Positions 17,254-23,979 of a stretch of DNA of 33,999 bases are shown piece by piece (the first letter of the stretch is position 1; each line of letters begins with the position of its first letter). The stretch comes from an uncultured Bacilli bacterium (GTDB taxonomy: Bacteria; Bacillota_I; Bacilli_A; RF39; UBA660). The stretch spans positions 1 through 33,999 of the forward strand of contig CALVQP010000002.1 of the NCBI GenBank assembly GCA_944358225.1, read 5' to 3'. A program made the position numbers and the translations under genes. The notes beneath the pieces were generated by a model that was not told where the DNA came from, made no database searches, and saw only the letters and a list, made by a program, of their open reading frames with translations.

Positions 17254-17688
17254 TTACTTTATATTAAATTCATCTTTCATCATTTCAAATATTTTAAGTC
17301 TTTCTTCTTTAGTAAAAATGTCTTTTTGTTTCTTGAATTTGCTTAAAGCCCATTTCCAAAAATTATAACCAAAATGCTTGTCCTTGTATACCTTGCCAAA
17401 CAATTTTAATTCATCTTTATATCGTGGTACAAAGTGATAATGGACGTGTGGTTTCTCATTATCTCTATAAGCATTATTCATTAAGCAAGCAAAGTTAAAC
17501 ATTGTTGCACCAAAAACTTTTTTACAAACTCTTTCAAGTTCTTTCTCAAGTTGTCCTAGTTCTTCCCAAGCCTCCGGTGTTAAATCACTTAAAGATTTTT
17601 TATCATTCCCTATGATACAATAACCAACAAATTCTTGACACCAGTCGCCAAAAATAACGTCCCAATTTTTTCCTTTATACAATTCCAT
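17254..17688 (-). CDS. HIT-family (histidine triad) protein
   Basis: The HVHYHFVPRY histidine triad lies about aa 80-90 of 144, preceded by a typical FN.A.L.N segment. GAGGTGG RBS. Confidence 0.8.
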   Translation of the reverse strand: MELYKGKNWDVIFGDWCQEFVGYCIIGNDKKSLSDLTPEAWEELGQLEKELERVCKKVFGATMFNFACLMNNAYRDNEKPHVHYHFVPRYKDELKLFGKVYKDKHFGYNFWKWALSKFKKQKDIFTKEERLKIFEMMKDEFNIK

Positions 17689-17727
17689 AGTTCCACCTCA
17701 ATTATAATTATACTATATTTAAGCAAA

Positions 17728-17759
17728 TTTAAAAAGCACATAACTTTTTATTATGTACT
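17728..17759 (-). terminator. Terminator separating the 18341-17801 unit from the HIT operon
   Basis: Minus strand: AGTACATAA-TAAAAAG-TTATGTGCT (9 bp, one G-U) followed by TTTTTAAATTT. Confidence 0.6.
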
Positions 17760-17800
17760 TTTGAGTTTGTTAGACGTTCTAGAAAGTTCTTAACTAGTAT

Positions 17801-18157
17801 CTATTTAGTTCTTTCTTGGTTAAAATTTATTCCCAAGATGTAATTTAGTTTTTGAAATTGGCTATAATAACCTTTCATCTCGTTGCATAGACTTTTTATT
17901 CTATTAACATAATGGTTGCTTGATGTGTTTACTGGCTTAATATTTTTTAAATATTTAGTAAACATAGTTAATTCTTTGTCAGTTATATTTCTTTGAGAAT
18001 AAGCACTCATATATGCCTTAATAAATTCCTTTTGAACAAAGTTTAGTATTTGTTCTTCGTTTATATCAGTTAAAGGCTTATTATGTCTTTTTTTATTTCC
18101 CTTATTATTCCCATTATTTTGCTTATTACTTGCAATAGTGTTATCACTATTATTCAT
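17801..18157 (-). CDS. Hypothetical protein with basic Asn/Lys-rich N-terminus
   Basis: ORF track. GGAGG lies 9 nt upstream, and the ORF overlaps the upstream small ORF by 8 nt. Confidence 0.5.
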   Translation of the reverse strand: MNNSDNTIASNKQNNGNNKGNKKRHNKPLTDINEEQILNFVQKEFIKAYMSAYSQRNITDKELTMFTKYLKNIKPVNTSSNHYVNRIKSLCNEMKGYYSQFQKLNYILGINFNQERTK

Positions 18158-18341
18158 CTTTCTTTACCTCCTTGACTTTATTTTTAAGTAGTTCTAGAAC
18201 ACCTATACAAACATTTTCTTTAGATGTATCGTCAACATTAAGTTTCTTAATTGACTCTGCAACTAACTTGGCTTGTAGTTTAGCAAATTGTTCATTAAAC
18301 ATACTTTTTTCTTTATCATCAGTTGGTAAGTTAATAATCAA
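18150..18341 (-). CDS. Small protein, paralog of 12823..13005
   Basis: IINLPTDDKEKSMFNEQFAKLQAKLVAESIKKLNV aligns with the other copy. TTG start without a well-placed SD, so the start is uncertain. Confidence 0.45.
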   Translation of the reverse strand: MIINLPTDDKEKSMFNEQFAKLQAKLVAESIKKLNVDDTSKENVCIGVLELLKNKVKEVKKDE

Positions 18342-18437
18342 CTTGATGACAATACATCTCCTTTCCCCCTTACTTGCAAATAATAAACCGGTTTCTTCTT
18401 TGCATAACCATCATATCAAACTAAAATATTATTACAA

Positions 18438-18488
18438 TAAAAAAAGTGCATTTTTTACCTTTAGTACCGAACGGCAAAATTTGCACTT
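18438..18488 (-). terminator. Long-loop hairpin after the 313-aa ORF
   Basis: Minus strand: AAGTGCA ... TGCACTT followed by T7. The loop is about 31 nt, so this is weak. Confidence 0.4.
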
Positions 18489-18489
18489 C

Positions 18490-19431
18490 TTATATATTTA
18501 TAACTTTTGAGTAAGTAGATTCTTGTAAGTCAATTGCAACACTTTCAAATAAAGTAAATGATGAGATGTACTTGTTATTTTCTCTTTCAATAATCTCTTG
18601 AATTAAAGTTAACCCTTTATGGTTTTTGCCTTGACTTAATAAGTTATACACCTCGTGTAGTTCGTAGTATTCTTTCAAGTAGTATATGTCTCTACAATTA
18701 GCCATATTTTTATTGTCATCAAAATAGTCTTGCAACAACTCAATGGCTTTAACATTATATTTTGTAATTAAGTAGTTGTTTACATCTGCAATAGTAATAA
18801 GTAAATAACTAATTTGATTATATAGTGTTGCCTTATACTTGCTTTCTATAAACACATTATCAAAGTAAATCTTTTTAAACTTTAAGATAACCTTATCATT
18901 ATTAAGCGAACAATGGACTCTTTTCTTAATGTTGTCTACTATTGACCTATCATATATGATATTTTCACCCATAACCCAACAATAATGCTCGTTATCTATT
19001 TCTTGCATTTCGTCATAGATGTAATCTTTAAAGCCCTCAAAATCACGTTCAAACTTATCTTGCCAACTAACTAGTGTTTCTAGTTTTTTATATACCTTGT
19101 TTATATATTCGTTTGTTAAATTGTCTTTGTTAACACTAATATACATATTATATAAAGGTACACTTCTATTAACTGAATAATAGTGGCGACCGGCTTTCAA
19201 ATACATTTGCTTTATGTTATCAATAGCATTTTGAACACTACCACGTCTTGCAATAGCATTATTACATCTAATAATAAAGTCTATGGTATCAATAATAAAT
19301 CTTGGTATATAATCACCACTTCTGATAACATATCTTTTATTGCCTCTGCATAAATAAGCCAAATATGTTTGTTCACTAAACTTATTGTCAAAATAATTGT
19401 GGAACTTAAAGTCTTTCTTTAAGTGAGACAT
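18490..19431 (-). CDS. 313-aa orphan protein, divergent from the recombinase
   Basis: ORF track with a GGAGGGGG RBS. No motif recognised. Confidence 0.55.
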   Translation of the reverse strand: MSHLKKDFKFHNYFDNKFSEQTYLAYLCRGNKRYVIRSGDYIPRFIIDTIDFIIRCNNAIARRGSVQNAIDNIKQMYLKAGRHYYSVNRSVPLYNMYISVNKDNLTNEYINKVYKKLETLVSWQDKFERDFEGFKDYIYDEMQEIDNEHYCWVMGENIIYDRSIVDNIKKRVHCSLNNDKVILKFKKIYFDNVFIESKYKATLYNQISYLLITIADVNNYLITKYNVKAIELLQDYFDDNKNMANCRDIYYLKEYYELHEVYNLLSQGKNHKGLTLIQEIIERENNKYISSFTLFESVAIDLQESTYSKVINI

Positions 19432-19503
19432 ATAACCCCCTCCAGTTAGTCAATTATTATAACACAACTTTAAGCGAAAATCTGCCCTAAAATGCTTTTA
19501 TTT

Positions 19504-19542
19504 TTATGTGTTATGTGATATATTATTAGTATAATCACATAA
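19504..19542. promoter_or_regulatory. Repeat cluster over the recombinase promoter (TTATGTG x2 direct; TTATGTGAT-N14-ATCACATAA inverted)
   Basis: A perfect 9-bp inverted repeat (19511-19519 / 19534-19542) brackets TATAAT at 19530-19535. An additional TTATGTG lies at 19504-19510. Confidence 0.45.
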
Positions 19543-19560
19543 AAGAAAGGAACTGATTTT

Positions 19561-21330
19561 ATGGGTAATGACAATATAGCAAAAATAAGAAACGATTTAA
19601 GGAAATATGTTATATATTCTCGTAAGTCAAAATTTACTGGTAAGGGTGAGTCAGTAGAAAACCAAATTGAAATATGTAAGGCATACATCAAGAGTAAATT
19701 TGATATAAACATTAAAGACGAAGATATTATCATTAAACAAGATGAGGGCTTTAGTGGTAAAGATGTCAAACGTCCTCAATTTCAAGAGATGATGAAACTT
19801 GTTAAAGACAAGCAAGTTAAAATGATAGTGGTATATAAACTGGATAGACTCTCTCGTAATGTTCTAGACTTCTGCGAGATGTATAATGAACTAGAATTAT
19901 ATGATACTAAATTTGCTAGTGTATCAGAAAGTTTTGATACTACTACTTCAATGGGACGTGCTATGCTTATGATAACAATGACGTTCGCCCAACTAGAACG
20001 AGAAACAATTGCAGAACGTATCAGAGACAATATGATGGAACTTGCTAAAACTGGACGTTGGCTTGGTGGTAATACACCTATGGGCTTTGAGTCAGAAAAA
20101 ATGGAAAAGTTTAACATCAATGGTAAAAAGGTTTCACTATACAAATTAAGCCCTATAAATGATGAAATAGAGATTATAAAACTTATCTATGATAAATACC
20201 TAGAATTAAAGTCTTTAACCACTCTAGAAACGTTTTTACTTAACAATAATCTAAAGACAAGACGTGAGTGTGATTTTGCTCGTTGGGGGCTTAAAAAGAT
20301 ACTTACAAACCCCGTTTATGCAATAGCAGACAAAGATATGTTCAATTACTTTAAAGACAATGATATGGACATATTTAACGAGGAAATTGACTGGGACGGA
20401 ACTTATGGTGTTATGAGTTATAACAAGACTAGTAAAACCAAAACTGGTAGTGTTAAAACTAAAGACAAAGACCAATGGATAAATGCTATTGGAAAACATC
20501 AAGGAATTATTAAAGGTAAAGACTGGGTAGAAGTTCAAACATTACTTAATAGTAATCAGAACAAGGCATACAGACTACCAGTTAAAAATAATTCTATTCT
20601 AGCCGGTATATTAAGATGTGAACATTGTGGCAACCTTATGAGACCAAAACTTAAAGACACAACACTTCCTAATGGCGATAGAAAGTTTAACTATATATGC
20701 GACCTTAAAATGAGGTCTAGAGGTAAACAATGCAATTGTCCTAACGTTAATGGAAACGAGGCAGACAAACTTGTTATTGACGGAATAAAGGAACTTGCTA
20801 AACCTACTAGTGAGTTCTACCAAGAACTACTTAAAGTTATTAAATATGAAAACTATGGCAAGAATAGTCAGACAACTGAATTAGAAGTGTTAGAAAGAAA
20901 ACACAACCAAAACCTTGCTAGTATTAAAAATTATATCTCTCGTATAGAATATGTTGATGAAGATTTATTAGATGACGTACAAAACAAAATAAAAGATTTA
21001 AAACAAAAGGACAAAGAAGTTGTAGCGAAAATTCAAGAACTTAAAGAGACACAACCAGACTCTTACACCGACCAAGAAACTGCTAAAATGCTTGTATACA
21101 TACTTGATAACTATATGAGCAACTTTACTGAACTTGATTTACTATCACAAAGAAACTTCTTAAAGTTGTTTATAGGTAATTGTTCTACTGATGGAAAAGA
21201 CATACATATTGACTTAATCGGTAGTAGAAATCATACAACAACCTATCAACCAGTTTTTGAAGGTAGTGAGAATTCCGAAACCGGAACTCACGGAGGACAA
21301 ATCGTTCTTTTAAGTGATAGTAGCGAATGA
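19561..21330 (+). CDS. Large serine recombinase (SpoIVCA-like), integrated-state form of 589 aa
   Basis: N-terminal resolvase domain (VIYSRKS catalytic Ser, VYKLDRLSRN), a recombinase domain, a zinc ribbon (CEHCG..CDLK..CNC), and a coiled-coil. The stop TGA at 21328-21330 straddles the attR core. Confidence 0.92.
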   Translation: MGNDNIAKIRNDLRKYVIYSRKSKFTGKGESVENQIEICKAYIKSKFDINIKDEDIIIKQDEGFSGKDVKRPQFQEMMKLVKDKQVKMIVVYKLDRLSRNVLDFCEMYNELELYDTKFASVSESFDTTTSMGRAMLMITMTFAQLERETIAERIRDNMMELAKTGRWLGGNTPMGFESEKMEKFNINGKKVSLYKLSPINDEIEIIKLIYDKYLELKSLTTLETFLLNNNLKTRRECDFARWGLKKILTNPVYAIADKDMFNYFKDNDMDIFNEEIDWDGTYGVMSYNKTSKTKTGSVKTKDKDQWINAIGKHQGIIKGKDWVEVQTLLNSNQNKAYRLPVKNNSILAGILRCEHCGNLMRPKLKDTTLPNGDRKFNYICDLKMRSRGKQCNCPNVNGNEADKLVIDGIKELAKPTSEFYQELLKVIKYENYGKNSQTTELEVLERKHNQNLASIKNYISRIEYVDEDLLDDVQNKIKDLKQKDKEVVAKIQELKETQPDSYTDQETAKMLVYILDNYMSNFTELDLLSQRNFLKLFIGNCSTDGKDIHIDLIGSRNHTTTYQPVFEGSENSETGTHGGQIVLLSDSSE

Positions 21331-21339
21331 AATATTGAT
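21314..21339. other. attR junction (core AATG at 21326-21329)
   Basis: sigK homology resumes at AAT-GAA-ATA-TTG-ATG (N-E-I-L-M). Confidence 0.8.
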
Positions 21340-21697
21340 GTTTTTTCGTTCCAACAAAAAAAATGACAATAATGTTAGTTTAAATGATTCAATTGGTTAT
21401 GATAAAGAAGGAAACGAAATTAACTTAATTGACGTAATTAAAGATGATAACCAAGATATATTATCAACAATTCATAATCAACATAATATTAATCTTTTAA
21501 ATAAATATTTAAAATTATTAACTCCCCGGGAAAAAGAAATAATAATAAAAAGGTATGGCTTAAACAACCAAGAAGAACAAACTCAAAAAGAAATAGCTGC
21601 CGATTTAAAAATATCTCGCAGCTACGTTTCACGTATTGAAAAAAGAGCTTTAACAAAAATTTTAAAAGAATTTATTAAAAGCAAAAATGAAATCTAA
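21326..21697 (+). CDS. sigK: 3' segment of the sigma-K gene (spoIIIC-like)
   Basis: NEILMFFRSNKK..VSLNDSIGYDKEGNEINLIDV..LTPREKEII..TQKEIAADLKISRSYVSRIEKRAL covers sigma-70 regions 3/4 and is colinear with recalled SigK. Confidence 0.9.
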   Translation, partial: NEILMFFRSNKKNDNNVSLNDSIGYDKEGNEINLIDVIKDDNQDILSTIHNQHNINLLNKYLKLLTPREKEIIIKRYGLNNQEEQTQKEIAADLKISRSYVSRIEKRALTKILKEFIKSKNEI

Positions 21698-22962
21698 TAA
21701 TATACTACATATGGATCATCAGCCGTACCACTACCTGTAGTTTTAAGGCTAGCTTTTAAATTTATAACCGGATACACCATTGGTGTCAAATCAGCTGCTG
21801 AACGTTGAGAATATCTAGAAGAAACTCCTGTTGTAACAAAATAAACTTGACTAGCTGTAGCTGGAGTCATCGTCCATTCAATTTTTTCCTTATATAAAAA
21901 GCCATTTCCTGCTCCACTTAAATAGAACTCATTAAATGTCATAAGACCAACATTTAATTTTAAAGGAGTAACATTACACAAAAAATTAGTCGTTGTACTC
22001 GTTACTTTATTAGAAGTATCATTACAAAAATCACTTTCTAAAGCGATATAATTTGCCAATTTACTTTTATTATCTTTATACCATTTATTCAAAAATGAAG
22101 AAGCATCATAAGCATATGTTGAACTCGCATTATATATTGATGATCCCGTATTATTAAAAGTTGCCTTAGTACTACCATTTACAGTTACCGGTTCATCTAA
22201 AGTAACTCTTACAGTTCTATCTTCATTAATCCTTATTATTCGAAAATTTAAATCCCCTATTTTTAAATAATTGTTTGGTTCTCCCTTAAAATAATAAGTT
22301 TCTTTATTATCATTACCAGTTCCTACAAATAAACCATTTGTTGCTGTACTAGGTTTATCATATAAAGTATCCAAATTATTATCAAATAATATTTTATTAG
22401 CTAAATATTCTTGATTAAATTCCACCGTAATTTTATTTTTAAAAATAGTATTTTCTTGTTGATTATTTCGTACATTCGAATCCATCCAAGATTTAAAACT
22501 AATATTAACTGTTTTTCCCGCCTCTATTATACCACTACCAACATTATAGGCACGTAAAGCATTATCCACAGTTGAACTAGAAACCGGATTGGAAGTTAAT
22601 AAAGTAACTTCATCATTAACAGCAATTTTAATTGCACTATCACTAGTAGTACTACCACTTAAAATATTTAAATTAACTGTATAGGGTAATGTTTGAGAAC
22701 AGTTATTTTTTATTGATAAAACATATGGATCAGTTTTAAGACCATCACTATCACTCATTGGTACTCTACTTTCTAAACTAATTCCTTCAGTATTTTCTGA
22801 ATAAGTAACGTTATAACATGCTGCTACAAAATTATTAAATTCATCTTGCTTAGTTGTATACATCAAATAAGCATAAGAAAAGGCTACAATTAAAATAATT
22901 GCTATAATTGATAAACTAAAAATAAAAAGCATTTTTTTATTTTTCATAATCATCAACCTCAT
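21694..22962 (-). CDS. N-terminally anchored extracytoplasmic protein, unknown function
   Basis: An N-terminal TM/signal anchor followed by a Ser/Thr/Asn-rich beta-type sequence. Convergent with sigK, overlapping by 4 nt. Confidence 0.5.
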   Translation of the reverse strand: MRLMIMKNKKMLFIFSLSIIAIILIVAFSYAYLMYTTKQDEFNNFVAACYNVTYSENTEGISLESRVPMSDSDGLKTDPYVLSIKNNCSQTLPYTVNLNILSGSTTSDSAIKIAVNDEVTLLTSNPVSSSTVDNALRAYNVGSGIIEAGKTVNISFKSWMDSNVRNNQQENTIFKNKITVEFNQEYLANKILFDNNLDTLYDKPSTATNGLFVGTGNDNKETYYFKGEPNNYLKIGDLNFRIIRINEDRTVRVTLDEPVTVNGSTKATFNNTGSSIYNASSTYAYDASSFLNKWYKDNKSKLANYIALESDFCNDTSNKVTSTTTNFLCNVTPLKLNVGLMTFNEFYLSGAGNGFLYKEKIEWTMTPATASQVYFVTTGVSSRYSQRSAADLTPMVYPVINLKASLKTTGSGTADDPYVVYY

Positions 22963-23001
22963 ACTATAATAAGTTTAGCAAAATAACTATTTATATTCAA
23001 G

Positions 23002-23033
23002 CAAAAAGAAGAAACACACTAACCGTTTCTTCT
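23002..23033 (-). terminator. Terminator downstream of yihY
   Basis: Minus strand: AGAAGAAAC-GGTTAGTGT-GTTTCTTCT followed by TTTTGCTT. Confidence 0.6.
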
Positions 23034-23136
23034 TCTAAGTATTATCCCCTTATATAAAGTAAGTACCTCAAATACTTTTTATATTCGGGTTAAAGTACAC
23101 AAATAATACTCGTGTGTACCTTTATAGTATTAATAA

Positions 23137-23979
23137 TTATTTCAATTTTATTTGACTAGTTTTTTCCAATTTTTCTTCCTCATTATGGTAATTTAAGCAC
23201 ATCCCTATTACAAATATATAAGCTAATAAATACACCCATAACATCAAAATAATAATATTAGCTAAACCACCGTAAAATAAATCATATCTAGCAAAATGAG
23301 TTATATAATAAGAATAAATTGCCGTACTAATTATCCATAAAATCGAAGTAAAAAGTGCTCCATAAGTTGTATAACTACTTGATCTTCTCCGATCCGGAGC
23401 CATTGTGTAAATAATTTTAATAAACATAAATATAATAAACCATGATATCGGGCCCTTCAAAAAACTTAGTAATTTTTCTATTCGTAACGTAATAGTAGCA
23501 TTTATATCAATATATTTAAATAATTCGATAATTTTATTTCCAAATACCGGAACTAATAAAATAAAAACAAACAAAGTAACAATAAACATTGTCATAATTA
23601 TAGCTTTTACTCGTCTTCTTAAATAACTACCATTAGACGTACCATCAATGGCATTAGCAGTAACAATCATTGAATCAGCCCCATTAGAAGCTATAAAAAA
23701 ACCAATAATTAGCGACACAAAAAACTTTATTCCTACATCATTTTTTTGCACAATTGGTAAGATTAACTGGGCAATATCTTTAGAAAAAGCCTTTTCTAAA
23801 AAATCTGCTATAAAATTAATCGATACATTAAAAAAAGAAGCTCCATAACTAATTAATGTAGCTATTGGAACAACAGAAAGCACAAAGAAAAAAGCAAGCT
23901 GTCCCGGTAATATAGACATCTCGGGCCTTTTTAAAGTTTTTAAAAACTTTTTATAAAAAGACTTAAATCTTCTTTTCAT
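23137..23979 (-). CDS. yihY: YihY/BrkB-family membrane protein
   Basis: LPGQLAFFFVLSVVPIATL and six hydrophobic segments are typical of YihY. I prefer the ATG at 23979, preceded by GGTGAGGA. The track ORF extends to 24033. Confidence 0.75.
   Translation of the reverse strand: MKRRFKSFYKKFLKTLKRPEMSILPGQLAFFFVLSVVPIATLISYGASFFNVSINFIADFLEKAFSKDIAQLILPIVQKNDVGIKFFVSLIIGFFIASNGADSMIVTANAIDGTSNGSYLRRRVKAIIMTMFIVTLFVFILLVPVFGNKIIELFKYIDINATITLRIEKLLSFLKGPISWFIIFMFIKIIYTMAPDRRRSSSYTTYGALFTSILWIISTAIYSYYITHFARYDLFYGGLANIIILMLWVYLLAYIFVIGMCLNYHNEEEKLEKTSQIKLK

Larger units (their letters stand above)
12315..21329. mobile_element. skin-like sigK-intervening element (~9.0 kb) with large serine recombinase
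   Basis: Joining the two AATG copies restores CIEN-EILMFFRSNKK, as in intact SigK. The element encodes an LSR, RepL-like and Xis-like HTH proteins, and orphan cargo. Confidence 0.88.

Noticed and set aside
18172-18510. A 112-aa plus-strand ORF overlapping the small paralog gene and its terminator.
   Set aside because: It is antisense to a conserved paralogous ORF and spans an intergenic terminator. Its composition is Ser/Leu-rich, typical of an artefact.
19470-20823. Four minus-strand ORFs (19470..19769, 19782..20144, 20251..20538, 20611..20823) antisense to the recombinase gene.
   Set aside because: They lie entirely within a well-supported LSR coding region. Their sequences are low-complexity and hydrophobic or Ser-rich, typical of antisense frames in AT-rich DNA, and they have no RBS.
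12315-21329. The element as an IS or transposon, or as a tyrosine-integrase prophage.
   Set aside because: I found no terminal inverted repeats, no target duplication beyond the 4-bp core, no transposase or tyrosine integrase, and no phage structural genes. The features fit an LSR-driven intervening element.
23648-23848. A 66-aa ORF antisense to yihY.
   Set aside because: It lies inside a recognisable membrane-protein CDS and has no support.
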